NCBI RefSeq assembly: GCF_039654945.1
Contig: NW_027361696.1
Coordinates: 67,828,001-67,892,000 of the forward strand
Length of the DNA stretch: 64,000 bases
Reading direction: 5' to 3'
DNA from: Dendrobates tinctorius
Lineage: Eukaryota
In this document: positions 1 through 13,852 of the stretch, one piece after another
Position numbering within the stretch: the stretch's first letter is position 1
Layout: each line of letters begins with the position of its first letter
The notes under the pieces: generated by a model
Told to the model about the DNA's origin: nothing
The model's database searches: none
The model's input: the letters and a program-made list of their open reading frames with translations, nothing else
Program-made: the position numbers and the translations under genes

Positions 1-179
1 GACCGCCCATGACACATTGTGCCGGGTGTCAGCTGTGGTAATCAGCTGACACCCGGCCGCGATCAGCAGCGCTCACCACGTGGGCGCTGCTGATTGCTGT
101 GACGTACTATCCCGTCCCTGGGAATTAAGTCCCAGGGCACATGGACGGGATAGTTCGTCACATGACAGAAAGGGGTTAA
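1..179. mobile_element. Truncated end of a TTAA-target (piggyBac-like) non-autonomous element
   Basis: Ends AAGGGG|TTAA (TTAA 176-179); internal palindrome GCCGGGTGTCAGCTG...CAGCTGACACCCGGC at 21-57. Confidence 0.45.
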
Positions 180-239
180 AGTCATATCTCTCTCGCGTCT
201 CGTCACTGCATCCTGTGTACCTGCTATTACCACATACTC

Positions 240-780
240 ATGGTGGCTCTGGTGATGTATTGATTGTACTAATGGTGGTTCTGGTAACATTTACATGAAC
301 TGATGATGATACTGATGTTGTATTTAATGATGGTGGTTCTCGTGATGTATTTGTGTACTGGTAATTGTTCTGGTGATGCAGTCATGTACTGATGGAGGGT
401 CTGGTGATGCATTAATGTACTGATAGTGGTTTTGATGATGTATTCATGTACTGATGGTGATTCTTGGGATGTATTTATCTACTGGTGGTGGTTCGGAGGC
501 TGTACTCAAGTATTGATTGTGGTTCTAGTGACCTATTTATTTACTGATGATGCTTCTGGTGCCATTTTTATGTACTATTGATGGCTCTGGTGTTCTGTTT
601 CTGTACTGATGATGATTTTGGTTTTGTATTCACGTACTGATGATGGTTCTGCTGATGAATATATCACTAGAACAACCACCACAACATGAATACATCAAAA
701 GAACCACTATCCATACATGAATATGTCACCAGAACCACTATCTGTACAGGAATATGGCACCAGAACCACCACCAGTTTTG
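240..780. repeat. Degenerate ~31-bp minisatellite (GATGTATTCATGTACTGATGGTGGTTCTGGT-like) that switches orientation at ~660
   Basis: GTACT recurs at 386, 417, 448; after ~660 the reverse complement (ACCAGAACCAC, CATGAATA) repeats. Confidence 0.75.
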
Positions 781-1198
781 TTGCAAACTGTATTTGTCGC
801 AAGAGGGACATAAAAGCAATCAGATGTATCCCTTTCTCTATAATGGGGTCTGTTTAGTTTCCATTAGGATAACAGCCAAATGTTGGACACCTTGGCTGAA
901 ACTAAACAGCCACCATTATAATTAAGGTATATTAGTTTCCATGACCATCCTTGAGTCTGAAATTTAAAATATAGGATGTCAGGGATGAATGTCTTTATTT
1001 GTCCCTCATATTGTGTAAATGTTCTGCAATCAATGAAAAATTCTATATCTATCTTTGAAAACACATTCTTGTTGAGCCTCACTCCTAAAATACTCCACTT
1101 TTTAATTTTGCTGGTATTCTTGGGTGAAAAAGGTAATAATTCTAGTGGAAGTAGCCACCAGAGCAGGAGAGGTGAGGCGTTAGGGACCTGTTACCTAA

Positions 1199-1565
1199 AG
1201 GGCCTTTTACACACAGCGATATCGCTAAAGCGTCAACGATTTTGTGACGCAATAGTGATCTCGCTACATGCGACACCTCCGACCGCCCCCCCCCGCTGGA
1301 TATCGCTGATTGCGCGAGAACGTCCTGGGCCGTTTTCTCGCTGGAGTCCCGCTGGCGCCGACAAGCGACGCATGGACGCAGGCGGAAGACGTCATCATCA
1401 CTGCCATCTGACAGGTAAGTAACGACCACCGAGCATCGCTACGTCGCTGGTGAGATCTGCCTGTTTGGCAGCTCACTAGCGACCATTTAGCGATGCACCA
1501 TCGATCCTGACCGGGTCGTATCGTTGTCGGGATCGCTGGTGCATCGCTAAATGTAACGTGACCTC
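1199..1565. mobile_element. CGATC-rich MITE (same family as 3836-4229, 25232-25584, 45607-46159, 46511-46873, 58657-59120)
   Basis: Imperfect termini (..TTACAC / TGTAAC..) and multiple AGCGAT/ATCGCT palindromic motifs shared between copies. Confidence 0.6.
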
Positions 1566-1670
1566 TAGTCTTTGACCCATTTCTTTACTTGGGGGCTGAG
1601 GATTATTCCTCACCAGCACCCTCCCCCTCCTTCATTCATTGTCTAAGGGACTGCTGGAGGAAGCCAAGTA

Positions 1671-3236
1671 CAGTCATGGCCAAAAGTTTTGAGAATGACA
1701 CAAATATTATATTTTCACATGATCTGCTGGCCTCTGGTTTTTATGTGTGTTTGTCAGATGTTTTTATCACATACAGAAATATAATTGCAATCATATTATG
1801 AGTAACAAAAGGTTATATTGACCGTTAGAATGAGTTAATGCAGCAAGTCAATATTTGCAGTGTTGACCCTTCTTCTTCAGGACCTCAGCAATTCTCCCTG
1901 GCATGCTCTCAATCAACTTCTGGATCAAATCCTGACTGATAGCAGTCCATTCTTGCAAAATCAATGCTTTTATTTTGTCTGAATTTGAAGGTTTTTGTTT
2001 GTCCACCCGTCTCTTGATGATTGACCACAAGTTCTCAATGGGATTAAGATCTGGGGAGCTTCCAGGCCATGGTCCCAAAATCTCTATGTTTTGTTCCCTG
2101 AGCCATTTAGTTATCACCTTTGCTTTATGGCAAGGTGCTCCATCATGTTGAAAAAGGCATTGTTCATCGCTAAACTGCTCTTGGACGGTTGGGAGAAGTT
2201 GCTCTTGGAGGACATTCTGGTGCCATTCTTTATTCATGGCTGTGTTTTTAGGCAAGACTGAGAGAGAGCCCATTCCCTTGGCTGAGAAGCAACACCACAC
2301 ATGAATGGTTTCAGGATGCTTGACAGTTGGCATGAGACAAGACTGGTGGTAGCGCTCACCTGGTCTTCTCCGAATAAGCCGTTTTCCAGATGTCCCAAAC
2401 ATTTGAAAAGGGGATTCATCAGAGAAAATGACTTTACCCCAGTCCTCAGCAGTCCACTCCCTGTACCTCTTGCAGAATATCAGTCTGTCCATGATGTTTT
2501 TCCTGGAGAGAAGTGGCTTCTTTGCTGCCCTCCTTGAGACCAGGCCTTGCTCCAAGAGTCTCCGCCTCACAGTGCGTGCAGATGCACTCACACCTGCCTG
2601 CTGCCATTCCTGAGCAAGCTCTGCACTGCTGGTGGCTGATCCCGCAGCTGAAACACTTTTAAGAGATGGTCCTGGCGCTTGCTGGTCTTTCTTGGGCGCC
2701 CTGGAGCCTTTTTGGCAACAAGGGAACCTCTCTCCTTGAAGTTCTTGATGATGCGATAGATTGTTGACTGAGGTGCAATCTTTCTAGCTGCGATACTCTT
2801 CCCTATTAGGCCATTTTTGTGCCGTGCAATGATGACTGCACGTGTTTCTTTAGAGATAACCATGGTTAACAGAAGAGAAACAATGATGCCAAGCACCAGC
2901 CTCCTTTTAAAGTGTCCAGTGGTGTCATTCTTACTTAATCATGACAGATTGATCTCCAGCCCTGTCCTCATCAACACCCACACCTGTGTTAATGGAGCAA
3001 TCACTGAAACGATGTTAGCTGGTCCTTTTAAGGCAGGGCTGCAATGATGTTGAAATGTGTTTTGGGGGATAAAGTTCATTTTCTAGGCAAATATTGACTT
3101 TGCAAGTAATTGCTGTTAAGCTGATCACTCTTTATAACATTCTGGAGTATATGCAAATTGCCATTAGAAAAAATGAAGCAGTAGACTTTGTAAAAATTAA
3201 TATTTGTGTCATTCTCAAAACTTTTGGCCATGACTG
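1671..3236 (-). mobile_element. Tc1/mariner transposon, DD35E (Traveler-type), full length 1566 bp
   Basis: Perfect 39-bp TIRs CAGTCATGGCCAAAAGTTTTGAGAATGACACAAATATTA; TA on both sides (1669-70, 3237-38); transposase inside. Confidence 0.93.
1848..2863 (-). pseudogene. Tc1 transposase (~338 aa if repaired) with one 1-bp frameshift near 2636
   Basis: N-terminal HTH with GRPR (ORF 2588-2896, ATG 2863). Catalytic ORF 1848-2591 has FSDES, QHDGA and SPDLNPIE, with 35 residues between the second D and E. Confidence 0.9.
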
Positions 3237-3835
3237 TACAGCAGTCTGCTATTTTTAGCGGTCTCATTGTCAATGAAAAGAGCTGAAATCAGGCATGTTC
3301 CTTTCTCTATTCAAGATGGGATTACAAAGCTCCAATCTCAGCATCACTGGTGGTCCAAATGGTTGAACCATCAGTTATCAGCAAGTTATTCCCTACCCTC
3401 CTCCCATTACACTAACTTCATAATATCTTCCATACAATAAACCAAAAGTCCATTAATGACATGTTAAATAAGACAGTTTTGCACCACTTTCGATTTGGAG
3501 GCAGAAGATTGAGGACAGGAGAATACAGATTTTGGTTGGGGTCAAACAAGGATATGAAAAATTGTCCAATTTTGGTAAAGAAACCTCAAGATTTTTAACC
3601 ATATTGTCATCTGTGTGTTTGTATTTTACATCCGTGGGACATCCGTATTTATATACATGAACAGTTTATAATAGTAATCATTTTTATTCCTATAGCACCA
3701 GACCTTTCAGAGGGGACATGGGCAGACAATATCAGACATTATAAGAATCAAATTTTCCAGGGTAGTGCATTCCAGAGAATTAGAGCAGCATGAGAGAATT
3801 CTTGGAGACAGGAGTGGAAGGTTCGGAAGATATTA

Positions 3836-4229
3836 GGGTACCGTTACACCTAGCGATGCACCAGCGATCCCGACTAGCGATATGACGCAGTCAGGATCGC
3901 TGGTGCATCGCTAGGTGGTCGCTAGTGAGCTGCCACTCAGGCAGATCTCACTAGCGACATCGCTGGGGACAGGGATCGCTACTTACCTGTCAGACGCGGC
4001 GATCCTGCGTCCTCCCGCCCGGCTCCACGCGTCGCTCGTCGTCACAGCAGGAAGCGCCGCAGGAAGTGACCGACGAGGAATGATCCAGCAGCTTCTCACG
4101 CGATCAGCGATAACCAGCGGGGGAGCCGGTCGGAGGTAAGTATCACATGCAGCAATATCGCTGCAACGTCTCAAAATCGGTGACTTTATAGCGATATTGC
4201 TAGCGATATCGCAGTGTGTAACGGGGGCT
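3836..4229. mobile_element. CGATC-rich MITE with TTA target duplication
   Basis: TTA|GGGTACCGTTACAC...GTGTAACGGGGGCT|TTA. Confidence 0.75.
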
Positions 4230-4620
4230 TTAGTCTTAGGTGATTAGCTGAATGGAGCGCATGGGTAGGGCGTAGACAGAGATGAGGGAGGAGATCTAGG
4301 GTGGAGCAGAACAGGGGAGAGCTTTGTGGGTGAGAGTGATAACTTTATATTGTATTTTATAGCGGATGGGGAACTGGTGCAATGACTGGAACAGAGTGGA
4401 GGCATTTTTGTAGCGTTTGGACAGGAATATGACCCTGGTTGCTGCAGACAGGATTTATAATGTACAAGACCAAATACAGTTTCCTATTTTAATAAATGCA
4501 ATGTATATACTATACAGATGATCCACATGGGATGCAATTTTCTTTCGTCACCCATAGACTTGAATGAGTGAGTCATATAAAATATGGAAGTGACTAGTGC
4601 CTTCTGCAATTTATTTTACA

Positions 4621-4805
4621 CATCTCAGATATAACCCCCTGGAGGGATATCCATCTCAGATAGGACTCCCTGGTGTGGCGGAGTAACAATTTCAGGTGTG
4701 ACCTCTAGGTGTGGAGGAGTAACCATCTCAGATATGGTCCCCTGGTGTGGAGAAGTAACCATCGCAGATATGTCCCCCTGATGTGTAGGGGTAACCATCT
4801 CTCAT
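4621..4805. repeat. ~36-bp tandem repeat (AACCATCTCAGATATGGTCCCCTGGTGTGGAGGAGT-like), ~5 copies
   Basis: Recurring CATCTCAGAT, CCCTGGTGTGG and GAGTAAC. Confidence 0.65.
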
Positions 4806-5647
4806 TTAGAAAATCGATCTCGAATTGCCATCATGATTTCGGTATAAACAGAACTTATGACACCGGGGTGAATACCACAAGATGGAATGGAAAAAGACAG
4901 AAGAATAAAGTGCATTACCTGCTCAGATCCAAAGTACTACATGGCTTGTATATCTTGGTGCTCCACAAGGTATTTGGACAAATGGTCCCGTCCACCGGTA
5001 AGTATGTTTACTACCCCTACTGGAAGGTCAGAGGTGTCAAATACCTAAGGAAAGAATAAAAAGTAACAGACAGAAGTAAAGTCTGTCGGGAATTATTGAG
5101 AACATCAGATGTCTTTCCCGAATATTTCCTGAAGGACATTGAGAAACTTCTGGATATTTTTTTAGTTACTCGTCAAATGTTTAAGTTGTGACTCAGACTC
5201 TTAAAACTGCATTTTTCCTCATATTTAACCCTAACTCATCAGTTTGAAGAAGCCACGGTGAAACGCATGTCAAGAATCAAAGGTGCTGTACCATAGGATA
5301 ATATGCACTTTTGTCTTTAGTCATGTCATTTACTAGCACCATATGCCTTTTAGGTTATTGACCATTAACCATCGGCTTCATACTGTGAATAATGGGTATA
5401 GAAGGTCTTGCACTATAGGACTTTATGCACTTAAGGACCTGGGACATATCGCAATTAGTGATATGCTAGTTTAGATATTTACCACTGTCCTCGATCAGTC
5501 CCGTCTATATCGGACTTACGCCAAGTCTATCGGTGGTGTCTGGTTTCCTAAGCAAAGAGCATAGCACTTGCAAATTCTGAATGTTGATAGGAATAACCCT
5601 TTGGGGAAAAAAAAAAAAAAAAAAAAAAAAAAGTGAAACCACCATGG

Positions 5648-5730
5648 TTACTTACGGGTAGCCGGTTTTTCCCGGAACCCATGACAGCACCCGTATATAA
5701 AAGTGTGCTGTCATGGGTGAAGGGAAAATA
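5648..5730. mobile_element. Short inverted-repeat remnant, possibly a DIRS-type terminus
   Basis: Perfect hairpin CCCATGACAGCAC...GTGCTGTCATGGG (5678-5717). Family assignment is from recollection of amphibian DIRS ends only. Confidence 0.3.
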
Positions 5731-6851
5731 TCTTGTTATCCAACCAGCAATTATACTTCACTTCTAGCTGGTGTTTAGTCACTCCTGGCTTTCTATACCA
5801 CTCCTTCCATCTTTTGGATTAGTGATGAAGGGAAAAAGTTTCTAACACCTACATCCTTCCTCAGGTATTATATGTAATGTTCATGGTTGTTACGAAAGAT
5901 TTGGGAATCTATAGAAGTCTGTCAGCAAAATGGTTTGTGTGTTAAGGGATAAGCCATAGACTACCCTACTGCTTAGTATCTAGAGCCAAACAGTCAGGTG
6001 GTCCGTGTCCTGAAACTTACTATGTAATGCTGGCAGTGGAATCAAATGGCCGACCAAGTAAGTAGTCCTCAAAACAAGAATAATGAACTTCAAAATGTTG
6101 TTACATGACTGGAGTCCAGTTAACAAGGGTAGCCATTATTGTAACAATGCAGCGTCCAGGTTGGTAGGTGTGAAGAGGTAATGTCACCCCAGGGCATCAT
6201 TACCAGGATTGTCTTGCCCAAGTCAGGACAGAATCGGGCAACCAACCGCCAATACCAATTTTTTCTGACACAGCTTGAATATAAAGTGATATTTCTGCTT
6301 AATGATATTTGTGGGAATATTTTATGGCCACCTTTAAGGCTTAGAAAATTTAAACCCCAAACTACAGTCCAGTACCACACACTGCACAATAATGGACTAA
6401 TGATTAAGGGCTTGTCTCACAACATCCATAGGCCAGAATGTGAATATACGATTGCTGGGGATGCGTCACCACCACTCTTCCAGACAGTGAATGTTGAGGT
6501 GGTCAGACATGCAAGAGACTTTGTAATCCCTATTCTTTGTGATTAGTAGGGGGTCCCAGTGGTGTTCCCCTACAGATCAGATCTATAGTAGGTGGTTTCC
6601 ATTGGTTATTTGTATACCTGATATAGTTACTGCCATAAGAGTTGAAAATCATTGTTACTGGGGGGGGGGGGAAGTATGCCAAAGACTACTATACTCAAAC
6701 AGTTTGGTGAGATGTGGTGGGGGGGGGGGGGTGGAGGAGATGATCTTCTGACGGAGAGACATTGTTATATCCTTCTACAAGTCACTTGGAAGATATGACA
6801 GCAGTCTGACACCATCGCTTCTGTAATAGCTGACGGCTAGTCTCTTCCTTA

Positions 6852-7095
6852 GGCCTGTTTCACACTTCCGTTTTTGTGTCCGCCAAACGGATCAGTTTCC
6901 ATTTTTTTGACGGAAACTGATACAAACGGATCCGTTTTTTTAAAAACGGATCCGTTTTTTTGACGGATCCGCGGTAACTGTAATGGAAGTCTATGGGACA
7001 AAAAAAACGGATCCTGCAAAAAATGGCGGATCCGTTTTTTTACGGAAAACAACGGATTTTGACGGATTTGAAAAAACGGAAGTGTGAAACAGGCC
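6852..7095. mobile_element. Near-perfect palindromic MITE (Harbinger/Tourist-like, TTA TSD)
   Basis: TTA|GGCCTGTTTCACACTTCCGTTTTT...AAAAACGGAAGTGTGAAACAGGCC|TTA; internal ACGGATCCGT repeats. Confidence 0.85.
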
Positions 7096-7963
7096 TTACA
7101 CAAAACTGGAATCTGAATCTTCACCCTCCCTGCATTGACAGCACTGGCTTTATAGAGGCAGGAAAGTGTAGAGAGACCGAGAACAAGCAGGTGGGAAGGT
7201 GCTCCATCACGGTATGGCCAAATAAAGTGCAGACACCTGATTTGAGCAGTCGTTCTGTACTGACAGATTCCCTTAAAGCTGCATTATAGCCGCAATTCCC
7301 AGCCTGACTATAGATTTATGAGCTTAAAGAGGTGACATCTACAGCAGGACTGATGTGGAAGGACCAACATCAGAAACTGCAGATGGCAACTTGTTACACT
7401 CGTATAGCTTGTACAACTTCTCTGCCTTGTTTCACCGATTCCTATTTCTTCTCGCAATGGCTATATGACCATATTTCCTCCCCCCTCCCCTCTATGTTGC
7501 AACTTCCGGCTCTCAAGACAATTTGTGATGCTATAAATTCTCGGTATACGTAGCCAAGTTAATTCTGACGTGTAACACCTAGATTAGGTGAACTGTAGTT
7601 AAGCCACAAAGTAAAATCCCAGGTTATATGGCTGCAGCACTGATTTTAGCAGCTTTTTTGCTGCCTACCCTGTGTTTAAAACTGGCTGTTCAAACCAAGC
7701 ACAGGGGCTCCCCACCCAATTGTTCTGCATCCATTTCCATCCTCCTCTGGCTCCTGTCAATTGCTGGAGTTGTGAAGCAAAGAGGGTAGAGCAAGATGGA
7801 AGACAAGTAGGAGGGAAGTTGCACTGAACCATTGGTGCCCCAGGTGTCTGTTCTTGGTTTGAACAGTCGTTTTGTGCTGAAAGACTCCCTTTATAGGTTA
7901 CTGCTACAAAGCAAACAAGAGTAAATAAACACAAGTTAAGCGTGTGTTGAAATACAGAAAGAC

Positions 7964-7969
7964 TTTACT
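7964..7969 (-). terminator. Variant polyadenylation signal AGTAAA of ferritin copy 1
   Basis: Same position in the 3'UTR as AATAAA in copies 2 (40098-40103) and 3 (51441-51446). Confidence 0.65.
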
Positions 7970-8109
7970 GGAAAACTTGCAGACAAGCAGTCACATCTGA
8001 TCAGGGAACACCAGGGTTAAGTAAGCCCAACATATCTCAGGAGGCATTAGTTATTCCAGATGGACAAGGAGATGCAGACTAGACTGGTGGTATCCAGGAA
8101 GGAGACATC

Positions 8110-10653
<2,544 letters not shown>

Positions 10654-10746
10654 TGCGGCTTCTTGATGGTTTTAGTGGCGCAAAAAGGTTGCAAAAGTCT
10701 TCAGGTATGGAAGAGATGCGAGTTTGGAGCCGAGGACTCGGAGAGG

Positions 10747-10776
10747 GTTCCGTTCAAGCACTGTTGAAGCAAGAAC
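10747..10776 (-). promoter_or_regulatory. Iron-responsive element (IRE), canonical, 5'UTR of ferritin copy 1
   Basis: mRNA sense GUUCU-UGC-UUCAA-CAGUGC-UUGAA-C-GGAAC. Confidence 0.97.
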
Positions 10777-10825
10777 TCTGCTCAGAGTCAGGGATCATCT
10801 GATCTCCGCACCCTGGAGCTCGGGA

Positions 10826-10889
10826 TTTATAGGCTGGGGGGGGAGTGACGTCATCTGTCTGCAGCCAATCACAGCCAGAGATCGGGCGG
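10826..10889 (-). promoter_or_regulatory. Ferritin copy 1 core promoter
   Basis: TATAAA (- strand) 10826-31; CRE TGACGTCA 10846-53; inverted CCAAT 10865-69; GC box 10884-89. All four conserved in the three copies. Confidence 0.88.
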
Positions 10890-11274
10890 AGCGTCCTGCA
10901 GGCGGCGTGCACACTCCCTCCTCTGCCAGCTGGGGTCACACACAGGCACTAAGGGAACATTTCTAGGGTCACATTTATTATAGGTATTATTATTACCAAG
11001 GTTGTCTCTGTGCCATAGAGAGCTATTGAGATAAGTGGAGATTAATAAATGTTGCAATATTGACATTTTCCATATGTTTTTGCAGCAAACTGTATATTGC
11101 AGAAATACAGCTGGTACAGAGTAAAGATGGCTGTCAGCCGAATGATCGTTCCACCATCGGCTATCTTGGCAGAGATGTCTGGCAGCTGTTTATCTTCAGA
11201 CAGTCCACTATTAGAATTTCTGGATCCTTAAAGGGGATGTCCAACCTCATACAATTTATTGCCAGAGACGTTAA

Positions 11275-13217
11275 AGGGGATGTGCGGCCTTAGGCTTCAA
11301 GTTCCCAGTCCCTCTGTGGGCTGTGAGGATTCTCTGGTGGCGGCTCCGGGAGCGAGCGCTCATGTGAACACAGGTATGTGATTTTCATTTTCATACTTTC
11401 GGCAACAATCTGACTAGACGTGTCCAGTCTCCCTCAGTGCACCTGCATTAAGCGAGCCGGGTCCATCTAGTCGGCAGGTGGCTGCAGGTATGCAAAGACA
11501 TATTTGCAGTAGAGTTCCCACCGCTCCTGGCATCAGCACTGGAGAGTCCTCACAGCATACAGAGGGACTGGGGACTTGAAGCCTAAGGCTAAGGCTATGT
11601 TCACACTGACCGACGCAAAATACGGTCCGTAGTTTACATGCGTAATACGGATGAATGACCCCTAAATAGTGCTCCGTAGGTCATCCGTAATCAAGGTGTG
11701 GTCGCGTATTTTGCGCATGTCTGCATCCGTATGTAATCCGTATGGCGAGATTTTCTCGCCGCCTTGCAAAATGGACATATAATGGAGCCCTATGACAGGG
11801 TTTATAACAGAAACGAAATAATAGATACATAGAATGCATATATATATACACATACACACAAATCATTGAGACACAGAGTTCTTCATAGCAGAATAGCCGC
11901 TTTTTCAATTGCCAGCTTCTATGAAATCCTTCCCCAACCCGACATGAAATGACACATGGTTTACATTCAGTAAAGCATTTCATGTTTTTTAATATGTCCT
12001 TGACTAATAATTAGATGAGGGTTTGTGTGCAAGGGGTTAAGGGGTTAATTCGTTGTTAAAAAATGCGTGGGCTTCCCTTTGCCCTATAGTGGTGGCGAGT
12101 GGGTTAATCTAACAAAGGGTTAATGTCACCATTTGATATATATATATGTATGTATTCTATGTGTATATATCTATTCTTTCGTTTCTTTATTAAACCTGTC
12201 AGTGTGAGTTTACTGTATAGCGCACTGAATTGCCGGCTTTGCTAAAAGACACCTGGTGCGTATTTCTCGCAAGTCACGTGTGGTCCGTGTGTAATCCGTG
12301 CTTTTAGCGCCTCTCACTCATCCGTATTCCTCGCCAGTGTGACCCCGGCCTAAGGCTATGTTCACACTAAGTGTTTTTTCAGCATTTTTTAATGCAAATT
12401 TTCAGCAACGTTTTACAGTAGCATGCACAGAGCTGTGTTCTTTCCTCAGTATTTTGTCCTTTTGCTTGTTTTTGCAGAATAGAGCATGTCACTTCTTTCA
12501 GTGTTTTGTTCAGTGTTTTTCATCCACTGAAAGTAATGGATGGTGAAAAAAAAACTGCGAAAAACGCAGGTATCAGGTTTTGCAGTGTTGTTTTGTGCCA
12601 AAACTTGATGAAGTAGAGTCAGATATTTTTTTGCACTAATCTTTATCAGCATGCACAAGAGACAAATGTAACATGACAACAAAAAAAACCCTTTTTCTGC
12701 AGCTTCTTAACTGCTAAGGGCAGTTTCACACGTCCAGATAATTCCGGTACCGGAGCTATCCTTGTCCGTGTGTCCGTGTGGTATCCGTATGTCCGTGTGT
12801 ACCATCCATGTGCTGTCCGTGTCCGTGTTTTTGAAATTTTATTTTCAATGTTAACCCTTTGACTTTTAGAAACGCACACGGATTGCACACGGACAGCACA
12901 CGGACAGCATCCGTGTGCGGTACGTGTTTACACGGACCCATTGACTTTTATGGGTCCGTGTGATCCGTGCTGTTGCACAAAAACGGACATGTCAGCGTGT
13001 TTTGCACACGGACACACGGTCTGTGAAAACACGCTGACACCTGCATAGACACATTCTTGAGAATGTGTCTCTGGTACGTGAGAAAACTGTCACTACACGT
13101 ACCGGAGACACTGACGTGTGAAACTGCCCTAAGAGAGTAAGTTTTGCTGCAGAAAAAAAACACTGAAAAAACCGCCTAGTGTGAACAGTGAACATAGGCT
13201 AAGGCCGTACGGCCCCT
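11275..13217. mobile_element. TTAA-target MITE (AGGGG...CCCCT, T2/Kolobok-like) carrying three nested TAA-target MITEs
   Basis: TTAA 11271-74 and 13218-21; long inverted arms (GCCTTAGGCTTCAAGT..CCCAGTCCCTCTGT / ACAGAGGGACTGGGACTTGAAGCCTAAGGC). Nested elements at 11593-12350, 12354-13199 and 12718-13129. Confidence 0.75.
11593..12350 (+). mobile_element. Non-autonomous derivative of the Harbinger at 18086-22990
   Basis: First ~185 bp align with 18086-18281 and the last ~50 bp with ~22940-22990; flanked by TAA. Confidence 0.85.
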
Positions 13218-13677
13218 TTAACTTCTCTGGCAATCAATTGTCTAGAGCCTCCATACATATTAGATTGTCGGCCCAACTTGGCAATATTGGGTTTTGCTGT
13301 CATTAGTCTATTATGTATTTGTGTCTTAAAACCTAATTCAGACATGCATTTCTTTTTATTATTTCGTTTTGCATACGATAAAAGTATGGACCGTGTGCTG
13401 AATCCAAATTTCAGCCATTTAAAGTCCGTGTGTTTATTTTTCCAATCATTTTATTATCAAATAAAAAAAAAACCGAGCCTTTATCCAGTGAACAGTAAAA
13501 AGTAGACAGCACTCATATTATATATGGAGGGTATCCAAGTGCCATCCATTTCTTTTTGCAGGTCATGTGCTTGGCCTCGCTCAATACGAGTGAACTCAAA
13601 CACGTCTAGTTGGAATGTGGCCAGAAGTATGCAAAACGCATACATGCGGTCACATGACCGCCCACTCTCAGCCTAAG

Positions 13678-13852
13678 GGCTCATGCTCACATGCGAGAAA
13701 CTCGGACGAGTCTCTCACGTCAATACCCGGCACTGCCGCTGGCACTCGGATAGAAATGCAAGTAGCTGAACGCTCCGATCCAAGTACCGGCGGCAGTGCC
13801 AGGTATTAACGTGCGAGACTCGTCCGAGTTTCACGCATGTGAGTATGAGCCC
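13678..13852. mobile_element. Small palindromic TAA-target MITE
   Basis: TAA|GGGCTCATGCTCACATGCG...CGCATGTGAGTATGAGCCC|TAA. Confidence 0.75.

Noticed and set aside
5606-5632. Long A tracts (also 8338, 8771, 9272, 10077) as retrocopy tails
   Set aside because: No associated element body or TSD; most are intronic poly-T tracts on the ferritin strand.
10929-10941. GCTGGGGTCACAC upstream of each ferritin promoter resembles the Harbinger TIR
   Set aside because: No partner TIR or TWA flank; too short to separate from chance.
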